Translations under genes and position numbers: made by a program
Notes under the pieces: generated by a model
Seen by the model: the letters and a program-made list of their open reading frames with translations, nothing else
What the model was told of the DNA's origin: nothing
Databases searched by the model: none
Part shown: one piece after another, positions 15,525-24,916 of the stretch
How the letters are laid out: every line of letters begins with the position of its first letter
Numbering within the stretch: the first letter of the stretch is position 1
Assembly (NCBI GenBank): GCA_934635385.1
Contig: CAKTZI010000011.1
Location: 20,488-84,487 of the forward strand
Direction: 5' to 3'
Length of the DNA stretch: 64,000 nt
Source: an uncultured Kiritimatiellota bacterium
GTDB taxonomy: Bacteria > Verrucomicrobiota > Kiritimatiellia > RFP12 > UBA1067

Positions 15525-18458
15525 CTACTTGCTGACGCGGATCAAATAGAAGCCGCTCGCGCCGCCCTTCACCGTCACCTTCGGCATCCACGGCGCGCCG
15601 TCGCCGACGGTCGAGGCCCCGGCCTTGAGCTCGCCCAGAGACGCTCCCTCGTAAAGCCGGTAGACGAGGCCGGGCCTCGTCTTGACGGTCTTCAGCACCG
15701 GGTCTTCCGCCGTCAGCCTGACTTCCGCGCCATTCGCCGTGTCGAGCGCTTCGTTCGCGTACTTCGCCTTCACCGTCGCCGCGCCGAGATCGATGACGCC
15801 ATTGACCGCCGCCGGGATGTCGAGATAGTCCGTGATGTCCGCCGCGTCGCGCACGATCCGCACCTTCGCGCCGTTCGGCGCGACCGACTTCACGTCGGGC
15901 GAAACTCTCACCGTCGCCACGTCCACACCGTCCGGAATCGTCACCTCCGCGACGGCTGCGGAGAACGAGAAGTCCGTCAAGGCGACGCATCCCCCGAAGA
16001 ACCCGTCGGGAATCTCCGTCACGTCCTCGCCCAACGCGACATGGGTCAGTTGTGCGTATGCCGACGGGAACAGGTCCTTCAGCGTGGTCGACTTTACGAC
16101 CGCCCCCGAATTCAACGCAACGCGAGCGAGGCTGCTGCAACCGTCGAACGCCTCGTCGCCGATGTTCGTCACGCCAGCGGGCAACGTCAACGACGTGAGA
16201 CTGCTGCATCCGTAGAATGCATAACTACCGATGCTCGCCACGCCATCGGGTATCGTCATCGACGTGAGGCCACTGCAGCCGCAGAACGCAAAGTTGCCGA
16301 TGCTCGTCACACTGTCGGGCATCGTCACCGACGTAAGGCCGCTGCATTCGAAGAACACGCTGCCGCTGATGTTCGTCACGCCGGCGGGTATCGTCGCCGA
16401 GGTATCGTCTCCAACATAGTCGTACAGAACTCCCCGTATGACAACAAACCCTTCGAGATCCGCAAGCCCGTCACAACACTTGAACGCGCTGTCGCCGATG
16501 CTCGTCACGCTATTGGGTAACCTTATCGACCTTAGGCCGCTGCAACCTCTAAACGCATCGTCGCCGATGCTCGTCACGCCGTCGGGTATCATCACCGAGG
16601 TGAGGCCTTTTCGATAGAAGAACACGCCGCCGCCGATGCTCGCCACGCCGGCGGGTATCGTCACCGAGGTATTGTCTCCGACATAGTCGCATAGAACCCC
16701 CTTTATGATAACAAAACCTTCGGAGTCCGCAAGCCCGTCACAGCCGGAGAACGCATAATCACCAATATTCGTCACGCTATCGGGTATCGTCACCGACGTG
16801 AGGCCGCTGCAGCCGGAGAACGCCCAGTCGCCGATCTCGAGCTTCGCTTCCGTCACGCCGTCGGTCTCGTAGACCTTGACGAACGCCACGCGCTGAAGCG
16901 TCTTGACGCCATGAAACGCGCTCTCGCCGATCATCTTGCAGTATTTCGCGAGTTTCAGCGTCGTCATGCCGCACGTCGAGTTCCCGAACGCGTCCTCCTT
17001 GATCTCCGTCACCGGGATGCCGTCGATCGTCTCCGGGATCACGAGTTCGGTCGATCCGAGCGCCTCGCCGCCGAGTCCGTCGATTCGCATCGTGCCGTCG
17101 GCCTTGACGGTCGCCCGGTAGTTGTGGACGAGCAGCGTGCCGTAGACCTGCGTGACGGCGTAGTTCGACGCGACCGTGCCCGCCGTGAACGCATAGGCGA
17201 AGGTGTTCTCGTAGGATCCGGGGGCGGTCACGGACGCGAAGTCCGAGAACGTCACGCCGTCCGCGCCGACGAACCCGTTGCCCGAAATGACAGGCGCCGT
17301 CTCGCGGGAATGCGCCGCGCCGTCCCACGCCCATTCGGCGTCCGCGCTCGTGAAGGTCAGTTCGCGCGGCGCGATCGCGAAGGTCGCCTCGACCGTGCCC
17401 CCGTAGTTGCCGACGCCCGTGACGGTGACCTTCGCCGTGCCCGCGTTCACGTTGGCGGCGTAGGCGATGGTGTAGTCGGACGACGAGAAGCTCGCGAGCG
17501 TGTCCGTGACGGAAACCGTCGGCGTCTTTGCCGTGCCGTCGTACTTGTAGCCCGCTTCGGGGATTCCGAGAAGCGTGAGCGTCGCGTTCGAGATTTGGCG
17601 CGGATTCACCGTGACGGTCGCCGCGTTCGTCACGCCCGCATAGCCGTCCGCGAGCGCACGATACCAGACTTTCGTTGCCGTGCAGACGTTCGTGAAGAGA
17701 ATCGCGTCCGCCTGCCAGGGGCCGTCCTTGGCGCGTGCGTATTCGACCGTCGCGCCGCTCGCCGGCGTCGTGACGGAAACGGAGATGCCGTGCCCCTCGC
17801 CGTCATAGCCGACATTCACGACCGCTGCCGTCGCACGGACGGTCGGATTCTCCGGGTCGGTTACGTCAACTTTCGTCAATGTTCCCTCCACGGTGTCGTC
17901 GCCATCTCTCAATTGCATCCTGAATGAGGACTTTCCGTCGTTGCAAGTGCATATAGTGTCTCGGAAGACGTAGGTCGCGTCAAACTCGTCGTCCTCCTCG
18001 TCATTCCAGCACCAGCACGTTGCGATGACGTGGCAGTCGCGACTCTCGATGATCTTCCATCCCTTGTTGTCGCTGTCGCTTTCGTCGGTCTCCCCGTCGT
18101 CGAAGATGTATTTCTCGTGTGACCCGATGGAGGTCAGCGTCAACTCATAGTTCCCCTTGTAGACTTCGGATGAGCCATCGTGCTCATATACGACATTCAC
18201 GACCGCTCCCGTCCACGTCCCCAAGACCCAACTCGGCCAGCCCTCGGTTGGAACCAAGTTGTCCGCATCAATCGTCGCCTGAAGCGTCTTCTTGGCGGAA
18301 GATGCCTCAAGGCCGGAATTCCCATTCCCTCCAGATGTTCCATTCTCGTACCATGTCGCCGTCCAGGCGTTGGCGGCGACGAGCAACGTGCCCACGAACA
18401 CGTAGGATCGTTTTACCACATGTCTAATCTTCAGTTGTTTCATGACTTTCCGATTCAT
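15525..18458 (-). CDS. BspA-type leucine-rich-repeat (LRR_5) cell-surface protein with Ig-like/MBG-type domains.
   Basis: Repeated IPDSVTNIGDYAFSGCDGL, IPDGVTSIGDDAFRGCSGL and LPNSVTSIGDSAFKCCDGL units. YDGTAKTPTVSVTD-type Ig modules. Signal peptide present. The track start at 18491 is a GTG; the first ATG (MNRKVMKQL) is at 18458. Confidence 0.85.
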   Translation of the reverse strand: MNRKVMKQLKIRHVVKRSYVFVGTLLVAANAWTATWYENGTSGGNGNSGLEASSAKKTLQATIDADNLVPTEGWPSWVLGTWTGAVVNVVYEHDGSSEVYKGNYELTLTSIGSHEKYIFDDGETDESDSDNKGWKIIESRDCHVIATCWCWNDEEDDEFDATYVFRDTICTCNDGKSSFRMQLRDGDDTVEGTLTKVDVTDPENPTVRATAAVVNVGYDGEGHGISVSVTTPASGATVEYARAKDGPWQADAILFTNVCTATKVWYRALADGYAGVTNAATVTVNPRQISNATLTLLGIPEAGYKYDGTAKTPTVSVTDTLASFSSSDYTIAYAANVNAGTAKVTVTGVGNYGGTVEATFAIAPRELTFTSADAEWAWDGAAHSRETAPVISGNGFVGADGVTFSDFASVTAPGSYENTFAYAFTAGTVASNYAVTQVYGTLLVHNYRATVKADGTMRIDGLGGEALGSTELVIPETIDGIPVTEIKEDAFGNSTCGMTTLKLAKYCKMIGESAFHGVKTLQRVAFVKVYETDGVTEAKLEIGDWAFSGCSGLTSVTIPDSVTNIGDYAFSGCDGLADSEGFVIIKGVLCDYVGDNTSVTIPAGVASIGGGVFFYRKGLTSVMIPDGVTSIGDDAFRGCSGLRSIRLPNSVTSIGDSAFKCCDGLADLEGFVVIRGVLYDYVGDDTSATIPAGVTNISGSVFFECSGLTSVTMPDSVTSIGNFAFCGCSGLTSMTIPDGVASIGSYAFYGCSSLTSLTLPAGVTNIGDEAFDGCSSLARVALNSGAVVKSTTLKDLFPSAYAQLTHVALGEDVTEIPDGFFGGCVALTDFSFSAAVAEVTIPDGVDVATVRVSPDVKSVAPNGAKVRIVRDAADITDYLDIPAAVNGVIDLGAATVKAKYANEALDTANGAEVRLTAEDPVLKTVKTRPGLVYRLYEGASLGELKAGASTVGDGAPWMPKVTVKGGASGFYLIRVSK

Positions 18459-18769
18459 AGGGTTCCGCACCCCAAGTTTTACGGAAGGCACAGTCGCCGG
18501 GCGCAGAAAAAGGAACGGCGTGCCTTCACATCATGTTCCACCTGAGGCACGACCAAGCGCCTTATCAAAAACACGGAATAGAAGACACGCCGCGTGTGAC
18601 CGACACGCGACGCATCTTACATATTCGGCTCTTGATTGAAGATTTGGTCGGTTTTCAGATGGAGCCAAATACGCAAGAATGCGTACGCCTCGCGGGCCTC
18701 GGATGGGTTTCCGCGAGTCCTTCTCCTTTCGGCCCCATTGGGCAACCGTAGGTAAAAGGTTTTGCCGCC

Positions 18770-18810
18770 CGAGTTTACAAAATCAGGTCAGACCTAAATT
18801 TGTAAACTCG
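18770..18810. promoter_or_regulatory. 41-bp near-perfect palindrome (12-bp perfect arms) in the long leader of the LRR gene. It could be an operator or an RNA hairpin.
   Basis: cgagtttacaaa-atcaggtcagacctaaa-tttgtaaactcg. Confidence 0.4.
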
Positions 18811-18915
18811 TTCAGCCGAGGGCTGACGTCGGTGCCCGTCAGCCGTTTCAAAGAGCCATCACGGTTTTGGCCGTGCGCCGGGCGAGGCACCTCCCGCCCG
18901 ACGAAACCTGCGCGA

Positions 18916-18924
18916 ATTATACCA
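18916..18924 (-). promoter_or_regulatory. Extended -10 promoter TGGTATAAT, about 455 nt upstream of the LRR gene ATG at 18458.
   Basis: The reverse complement of attatacca is tggtataat. The track shows no minus-strand ORF of 60 aa or more between it and 18491. Confidence 0.45.
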
Positions 18925-19158
18925 CGTTCCGCCAAACGCCGTCAAATCGGCAAGTCGCATGATCTTTTCCTGTGGTTTTGCGCTCGAACGGCAGTGCTTT
19001 TCTTTTCATATCACGCAAGCAGGGACAAGTACTTCTTGAACAGTGAAAACGGAGGATTCGTCACGACGATGTCGGCCTCCTTCAGCAGTTCGAGGCATTC
19101 GGGGCTTCAACGGTGGAGGCACCTTCCGAGCGCGCGGCAGGCATCGGAGCTTCCTCTT

Positions 19159-20685
19159 TCAGTACCGCTGCAGCAGCTCCAGCATCTTGCGGTCGATCCG
19201 ATGGCCCTGGAACGCCTCATAGTCCACGTCCGCGCGATTGCTGTCCAGCAGCCCGAACCCGCCGCGGAAGTTCCAGAACGCCCAGCCGATGTTGCGCGCC
19301 TTCAGCTCCTTCAGCAGGCTTTCGAGATAGGCGAGCGACACGTCGTGCGGCGTCCGGTTGAAGACGCCCGTCTCGCCGACCATGACGAACCGCCCCGCCG
19401 CGAGCGCGTCCTCCCAGGGGGCGAAGACGTTGTCGCGCAGGAAGTCCGCGCCCGTGTAGGCCGCTCCGTCCCGGTTCACGAGCGGCTGCGGCGCGTCCCA
19501 GCCCGCGAAGCGCACGGGCGTCCGCGCGGGCATCCACGGCAGCCGCCAGCGGTAGGACGGGACGACGCGCGCCGACCGCCCGTCCGCCGCGAACACGAGG
19601 GCGTCCACCTCCATCCAGTCGCCCTGACCCAAGCCGATCTCCAGCCGCGCGCACGCCGGCACGTCCACCGCAAACGGCGCCACGGGTACACCCGCCCACT
19701 CCTCGTTGGAGCGCGCCACAAGGTTCGTGTAGCCGTCCGCCCCCTTCTCCTGCGGGAAGAAACGCCGGCGACCGACTTCGCGGCCGTCGGCCTTCACGAC
19801 GAGTTCCGCGAGGCGGTTGACGCGACCCGGCACGACCGTCAGCCGGCAGGCGGGTACCCGCTCGATGACGATCGGCTCGTCCACCCCCTTCTTGCGCGAG
19901 CCGTAGAGCGGACTCGTCACGGGGACGGGCGGCCACTGCGGCGTCGGCCACGCGCCGTCGCGCCTGCACCAGGGCGCCTCGTAGTGCGTGATCTCCATCG
20001 GGTCGTACACGTGAAGGCTCAGGCCGACGGACGCGGGAATCTCGCCGCGCGGCGGCATCCGCGCCATCTGGAGGCCGTCCGCCACGACGAACCGCGCGGG
20101 CGACTCAGCGTGGATCGCCTGCTCGCAGGCGGCGATGAACGCCGCGTAGGCCGCCGCGTCGCAGTCGGCGCTCGGCTCGTTGAAGAGGTTGAAGGAGAGG
20201 GCGTCGCCCGGAACGTCGCGGTAGCGGCGCGCGAAGAACGTCCAGCAGGCGACGTTCGCGCGGATGAGCGCAGGGGCTTCGAGAATCGCCTTCTTCGAGC
20301 GGCTGACCGCATAGTCCACGCCCGGCGGAATCGAGAAGCAGAACTGGATGTGGATGTTGTGCTTCCGGCCCCAGCCAAGCATCTCGTCGATGGGCGGGAA
20401 GAGCGCGGGGTCCGGCTCGAACGTGCCGGGACGGCAGAAGTAGCGGTGGTCGATCATGACGCGCGCGAAGTTGAAGCCCCAGTCGCGCATGAGGATGAGG
20501 TCGCGCTCGTCCCACGTCCCGGAGAACATGCCCTTGATGGCCTTGCCGTCGATGTTGAAGCCGCGCCAGCGCACGGCGGGACGTCCCGGCGCGCCAGCGG
20601 GCGTCGCGTCCGCCGCGCACGCACCACCGAAGCAGACGCCGAAGCCGAGAATGAACAGGAGAGCAATCTGTGAGCCGTTTTTCAT
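19159..20685 (-). CDS. Glycoside hydrolase family 5 (cellulase/mannanase-type), secreted.
   Basis: MRDWGFNFARVMIDHRYF. FNLFNEPS carries the NEP acid/base Glu and MVGETGVFN the nucleophile Glu. Signal peptide MKNGSQIALLFILGFGVCFGGACAA. The true ATG is at 20685; the track ORF is extended to 20781. Confidence 0.85.
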   Translation of the reverse strand: MKNGSQIALLFILGFGVCFGGACAADATPAGAPGRPAVRWRGFNIDGKAIKGMFSGTWDERDLILMRDWGFNFARVMIDHRYFCRPGTFEPDPALFPPIDEMLGWGRKHNIHIQFCFSIPPGVDYAVSRSKKAILEAPALIRANVACWTFFARRYRDVPGDALSFNLFNEPSADCDAAAYAAFIAACEQAIHAESPARFVVADGLQMARMPPRGEIPASVGLSLHVYDPMEITHYEAPWCRRDGAWPTPQWPPVPVTSPLYGSRKKGVDEPIVIERVPACRLTVVPGRVNRLAELVVKADGREVGRRRFFPQEKGADGYTNLVARSNEEWAGVPVAPFAVDVPACARLEIGLGQGDWMEVDALVFAADGRSARVVPSYRWRLPWMPARTPVRFAGWDAPQPLVNRDGAAYTGADFLRDNVFAPWEDALAAGRFVMVGETGVFNRTPHDVSLAYLESLLKELKARNIGWAFWNFRGGFGLLDSNRADVDYEAFQGHRIDRKMLELLQRY

Positions 20686-20690
20686 GGTGT

Positions 20691-20798
20691 GCGTATTATC
20701 GCATAATCCGCCAGCAAATGCTTGCACGATTGGGCTAAAAAAGTGTATGATCGGCTCATCCCCTTCAAGGCGGGAATACAAGGGCGCGACAGGCGGAG
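20691..20798 (-). promoter_or_regulatory. Conserved ~107-bp upstream module, copy 2. Its extended -10 TGCGATAAT (20695-20703) lies 9 nt from the GH5 ATG.
   Basis: Aligns with 11214-11320. It lies between GH5 and the divergent AraC gene. Confidence 0.55.
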
Positions 20799-20855
20799 AC
20801 GCCTTGGCGCCGACCGTCCGGGCCGACGGCCCTCATCGCCGCGCGCCCCTGATTT

Positions 20856-20864
20856 TGCTATAAT
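20856..20864 (+). promoter_or_regulatory. Extended -10 promoter TGCTATAAT, 6 nt upstream of the AraC ATG (leaderless-type).
   Basis: gattttgctataattcccgcATG. Confidence 0.55.
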
Positions 20865-20870
20865 TCCCGC

Positions 20871-21812
20871 ATGACGAGATCTGACAAGACACAGGGGCAG
20901 GGCCGAAAGAACAGGACGCACAAGACGCAGAGGACGCACAAGACAGGCTTGGCGAACCCTGCGGCCTGTTCGCCTTGCGGGTCTTCTGCTTCAGCGTCCC
21001 CTGCGTCCTGTTCGTCCCGTGCGTCCTGTTTGCCCCCAGCCGGCACCACCGCCCTGACCGACCCGGAGAAGGAGGCTCTGCGCGCGGCATTCTTCGCCGC
21101 GCTCGGGCCGAACGCCGCCGTCTTCAAGGAACTGCTGGAGCGCGCCCCCGAGCTGTGCTTCTACATGAAGGACCGCGAGGGCCGCATCATGGCCCTGAAC
21201 CGCCGCAACTGCGAAGTCTGCAACATCCGCAGCGAATGGGACGCGATCGGCCGCACGTCACGCGACCTCTTTCCGCCGACGCTCGCCGACGACTACATGG
21301 AGCTGGATCACGAGGTCCTGAAGACGGGGCGCCCCGTCCTCCAGCGCGTCACCGCCCACCCCGCCGACTACTCCAACCGCCTGATGATCTCCGACGTCTA
21401 TCCGCTGCGCGACCGGCGCGGACGCCTCATCGGCACGGCCCGCGCCTACCGGCTCACGAGCCGCGACTCGTCCGAGGCGCGCAACTACAACGCCCTGCGC
21501 GCCGTCGCGACCGAGATCGACCGGCGCTATGCCGAACCCCTTTCGCTCGACGCCCTGGCCCAGCGGGCGGGCATGTCGAAGAGCACGTTCAAGCGCACGT
21601 TCACCCGGCTTTTCGAGGTCTCGCCCGGCCAGTACCTGCTGCGCGTGCGGCTCAACGCCGCGCGGCGGCTGCTGGAGACGACGGACAAGCTCATCTCCGA
21701 CGTCGCGCTCGACTGCGGCTTCTACGACCAAAGCCACTTCAGCCGCCTCTTCCGCCGCGCGCGCGGCCTCACGCCCGGCGCCTATCGCCGCGCCCACGCG
21801 CAGACGGGATAG
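20871..21812 (+). CDS. PAS-domain AraC/XylS-family transcriptional regulator.
   Basis: The C-terminus LSLDALAQRAGMSKSTFKRTFTRLFEVSPGQYLLRVRLNAARRLLETTDKLISDVALDCGFYDQSHFSRLFRRARGLTPGAYRR is the AraC HTH. A PAS-like block (FYMKDREGRIMALNRRNCEV) precedes it. The first ~55 codons are encoded by a palindromic repeat element. Confidence 0.8.
   Translation: MTRSDKTQGQGRKNRTHKTQRTHKTGLANPAACSPCGSSASASPASCSSRASCLPPAGTTALTDPEKEALRAAFFAALGPNAAVFKELLERAPELCFYMKDREGRIMALNRRNCEVCNIRSEWDAIGRTSRDLFPPTLADDYMELDHEVLKTGRPVLQRVTAHPADYSNRLMISDVYPLRDRRGRLIGTARAYRLTSRDSSEARNYNALRAVATEIDRRYAEPLSLDALAQRAGMSKSTFKRTFTRLFEVSPGQYLLRVRLNAARRLLETTDKLISDVALDCGFYDQSHFSRLFRRARGLTPGAYRRAHAQTG
20909..21031. repeat. 123-bp inverted-repeat element (GGACGCA-type) within the 5' end of the AraC ORF.
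   Basis: Arms are gaacaggacgcacaagacgcagaggacgcacaagacagg and cctgcgtcctgttcgtcccgtgcgtcctgttt. The centre contains a small hairpin, ggcgaac...gttcgcc. Confidence 0.75.
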
Positions 21813-21882
21813 GTCGCCTCGTCCTCGTTCCACCAGACGCCTGACAGGACTGGCTTCACGACGCTTCGCGCCCTGCAAGCCC

Positions 21883-22623
21883 TCAGACCCCCATCAGAAC
21901 AAAGGAGTAGTTGTCGGGGGCGCCGTGGCGGACGACATCCGCCGCGATGCGCGCCGCCGCTGCGTCCAGCGTCGGCGCGGCGGACACGAAAGCGGCGAGG
22001 CGTCCGGCCGAGACGACATCGTGCACGCCGTCCGTGCAAAGGAGAAACCGCGAGGAATCCGTCGACTCGAGTTCCGTCCATTCGACGCGCACCGTCTCCG
22101 CCGCGCCGATCGCGCGCGTGAGCGCATGGCTGCCGCCGCCGAGGCGGTGGTCATGCGTCAGCAGTTCCGGCATGCCGCGCCGGAAGCGGTAGATGCGGCT
22201 GTCGCCGACATTGCAGATCGCCGCATGGCGCGGATTCGCCGGATCGAGCACAAGCGCGGCGACCGTCGAGGCCACGAGCGGCACGCCCTTCTCGCGGGCG
22301 TAGGCGTACAGGGCCGCGTTCGCGTCCTCAATGGCCTTCTGCACCGCCGACGTGCGGGCCTTGAACGTGTCCGCCGCCGCATAGACGACCATCTTCAGGT
22401 TCGCGCACACGATCTCGCTCGCCCGCGCGCCTTCCGCGCCGCCGCCCACGCCGTCCGCGACGCAGTAGACGAGCCGTTCGTCATCGACAAAGAGGTGATC
22501 CTGGTTGTCGGCGCGCGCCAGCCCCGTTTCGCTCATCGCGGCGGAGCGGATCCGCGATGCCTCGGACGACGGCGCGGCATCCGCCGAGGACCTTTCCCTT
22601 TTGCGAAACCCGAAGAGAATCAT
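21883..22623 (-). CDS. PP2C-family Ser/Thr protein phosphatase.
   Basis: GLARADNQDH...VYCVADGVGGGAEGARASE...ICNVGDSRIY...LLCTDGVHDVV. The ATG is at 22623. The 639-aa track ORF (to 23802) is an artefactual extension running antisense to the next gene. Confidence 0.8.
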   Translation of the reverse strand: MILFGFRKRERSSADAAPSSEASRIRSAAMSETGLARADNQDHLFVDDERLVYCVADGVGGGAEGARASEIVCANLKMVVYAAADTFKARTSAVQKAIEDANAALYAYAREKGVPLVASTVAALVLDPANPRHAAICNVGDSRIYRFRRGMPELLTHDHRLGGGSHALTRAIGAAETVRVEWTELESTDSSRFLLCTDGVHDVVSAGRLAAFVSAAPTLDAAAARIAADVVRHGAPDNYSFVLMGV

Positions 22624-22634
22624 CGTCTCACGCC

Positions 22635-24416
22635 TTACTTGTCCAGCAGGGCCCAGTCCTGTGCCGCGACCGTCGCGCCGCCGACGCGGACGGGCGCGTC
22701 CGTGAAGTTGACGACGACCGACTCGCCGTTGGCGTAGCTCGTCTTGAACACGCCCGGCGCGACTTCCGCATGGTCGTCGATGAACTCCAGCTGCAGGTGC
22801 TTGAGCTTCTGGTAGACGTCGTAGCCTTCCTTGATCTTCGCGACCGACTGCCGCAGCTCCTCGTCCGTCGCACAGCCGAGGTCCTCGTTGCCCATCCAGT
22901 TGTTCCCGACCGTCAGGAACTTCGCGTAGAAGTAGAAGCACGGACGCGCCGCGAACTCGACGGCCTTGATCTGCGTGAGACGATCCTTGAGCGGCGCATT
23001 CATCGTCGTCGTGAACGGGTTGTTTGCGATGATGCCGTTGTAGACGACCTGCCAGATCGGCACGACGCGCTTCGCGAGGCCCTTGCCCGCCGCATAGTCG
23101 CGCGCAATCGCCTGCGGGTCGCCGAAATAGGCGTAGAGCGCGTAGTCGAGGTTGCCGGCGAACCAGTCGCCGCCGCTCTCGCTCGCGAAGCCGCCGAGGT
23201 CGCGCTGCGAGATCGCCGCGCACGCGCCCCAGAACTTCGCGCCGTCCGCCGGCGAGCAGGGATGCCGCCTGTCCGTGCAGGCGAGCGGCTCGCAGATGGA
23301 CACGACGTCGAAGTAGCCGAGGCCCGTGAAGCCGAACGCCGCCATGCGCGGGATGTCGCGCGTGCAGAACTTCTCGTAGGCGCGCTGCGGGCACATGTAG
23401 TAGGGGCGGCCGCCGCCCCACGTCACCTTCCCGTTGCGCGTCGGCCGCAGGAAGCCGTCCGCGTCCTTCAGCACCCACTCGCCGTCCCAGTCGGCGGAGA
23501 CAGTGTAGCCCTCGTAGAAGTTGCCGTGCGGCACGATGAGGTAGCCGGCGTCGCGCGCATGGCGGATCGCCGCCTTCAGCTTCGCGTCGCCGCCGAGCTT
23601 CGGCTCGGACGGGAAGACCTGCGGCCAGCGGCCGTCGTGCCCGCCGATGTTCCAGCCGACAAGGCAGAGCTCGGCGTCGCCCACGCCCTGCCGCTTGAGC
23701 TCGTCCACGATGTCGCGGACGCGGTCGAAGGTGACCATGGCCTTCACCTCCGGCTCGCTCTCCGGCGACTGGTGCGGCACGGGGCTCGGCACGGGCTTCC
23801 ACGCCTGGCGGATGCGGATCTCCGGCGCGAGAATCGCCTTCTCCAGCGTCGGGTTCGACGCGAAGCGCGTACGGAACGGCTTCACCGCGCCGCGCGCGAG
23901 CTGGTAGTCCCGGTAGATCTTCGCGAGCGCCGCATACGGCGTGCCCGGCGCGCGGCGGTGGTAGACGATCACGAGGTCTTCATAGGGGTCGCGGCAAAGC
24001 CCTTCCTCCAACGTCGCGGCGACCGTGTAAGCGCCCTTCTCCGCGCGCACCGTCTCGCGCACGAACCACTTGAGCGACGTCACGACCGCGAGACAGGCGC
24101 CGCGCGGATTCGACCATCCGAACATCGGCATCGACATGCGCTCCTCGCCGGCGAAGAACGTGCCGTCGTCACGGTCGTATTCGCCATAGACGCCGTAGGG
24201 CGTGAACCAGTAGCCCGCCTCGCCCCTCGTCGCGTGCGCGAAGTCGGGCACGACGTCCAGCCGCTTCGCCTTCATCGCGCGGATCCTCTCGCGGCTCACG
24301 GTCAGCGTCTCGCCGCCTTCGGTCGGCACGAGATCGACCGTCTCCGTCACGACGCGCCCGTCGCTCATCGTCCAGTTCAGCGCCGCCGTCGCGGCCAGCA
24401 CCAGCATCATCTGCAT
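22635..24416 (-). CDS. Hypothetical protein of 593 aa, possibly glycosidase-like with a TIM-barrel fold; function unknown.
   Basis: Long ORF with protein-like composition. It lies 11 nt upstream of the PP2C gene. A candidate TTGACG-18-TAGACT promoter is upstream. No confident family assignment. Confidence 0.65.
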   Translation of the reverse strand: MQMMLVLAATAALNWTMSDGRVVTETVDLVPTEGGETLTVSRERIRAMKAKRLDVVPDFAHATRGEAGYWFTPYGVYGEYDRDDGTFFAGEERMSMPMFGWSNPRGACLAVVTSLKWFVRETVRAEKGAYTVAATLEEGLCRDPYEDLVIVYHRRAPGTPYAALAKIYRDYQLARGAVKPFRTRFASNPTLEKAILAPEIRIRQAWKPVPSPVPHQSPESEPEVKAMVTFDRVRDIVDELKRQGVGDAELCLVGWNIGGHDGRWPQVFPSEPKLGGDAKLKAAIRHARDAGYLIVPHGNFYEGYTVSADWDGEWVLKDADGFLRPTRNGKVTWGGGRPYYMCPQRAYEKFCTRDIPRMAAFGFTGLGYFDVVSICEPLACTDRRHPCSPADGAKFWGACAAISQRDLGGFASESGGDWFAGNLDYALYAYFGDPQAIARDYAAGKGLAKRVVPIWQVVYNGIIANNPFTTTMNAPLKDRLTQIKAVEFAARPCFYFYAKFLTVGNNWMGNEDLGCATDEELRQSVAKIKEGYDVYQKLKHLQLEFIDDHAEVAPGVFKTSYANGESVVVNFTDAPVRVGGATVAAQDWALLDK

Positions 24417-24505
24417 ATCCGATTTGTCCTTTCTGTCTGTCTTGACTGCGTATGATTAGTTTCCTGTAGTCTATCAAACTTCCGTCCCGCACGTCAACGC
24501 CACGC

Positions 24506-24916
24506 CTAGTCGACGTCTGGCGGCGTCACCTTTCGCCGCAGGGCCTTGATCTCGGAATGGGCGTGCTTGGCGTCGAGCATCTTCTGCTTCTGACGGCGCG
24601 AACGGCGGCGTTTCTGGCGGCGGATCTTCTCGCGCTTCTGCCGCGCGTCGCTCTTGCGCTTGTGTTCGCGTTCGAGAATCGTCTCCGCCAGCGTCCGCCG
24701 CGCGAGCCAGCGGTTCGTCTCGCGGCTGCGCGTCTCGCCGCAGCGGACGGCCAGTCCGCTCGGCTCGTGTTCGAGGCGGACGACGTTCGACGTCTTGTTC
24801 GTCTTCTGTCCGCCCGGCCCGCCGCCGAGGATGAAACTCTCCTCCAGGTCCTCCTCGAAGACGGACGCCTCGGCCATCAGGGCCTTGATCTTCTCGATCG
24901 TCTCCGGCGAGATCAT
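24506..24916 (-). CDS. Class-I release-factor-domain (GGQ) protein, an ArfB/ICT1-like peptidyl-tRNA hydrolase.
   Basis: GGGPGGQKTNKTSNVVRLEH carries the GGQ motif, followed by a highly basic C-terminal tail. ATGA overlap with the upstream gene. Confidence 0.75.
   Translation of the reverse strand: MISPETIEKIKALMAEASVFEEDLEESFILGGGPGGQKTNKTSNVVRLEHEPSGLAVRCGETRSRETNRWLARRTLAETILEREHKRKSDARQKREKIRRQKRRRSRRQKQKMLDAKHAHSEIKALRRKVTPPDVD

Noticed and set aside
18781-18800. caggtcagacc resembles part of the SRP (4.5S) RNA conserved domain.
   Set aside because: The GGAAGCAGCC part of the motif and the flanking helix are absent. The sequence is instead the centre of a DNA palindrome.
21883-23802. 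639-aa minus-strand ORF suggesting a large fusion protein.
   Set aside because: Only the last 246 codons (from the ATG at 22623) are PP2C-like. The upstream part is an out-of-frame overlap of the 22635-24416 gene and has shadow-ORF composition.
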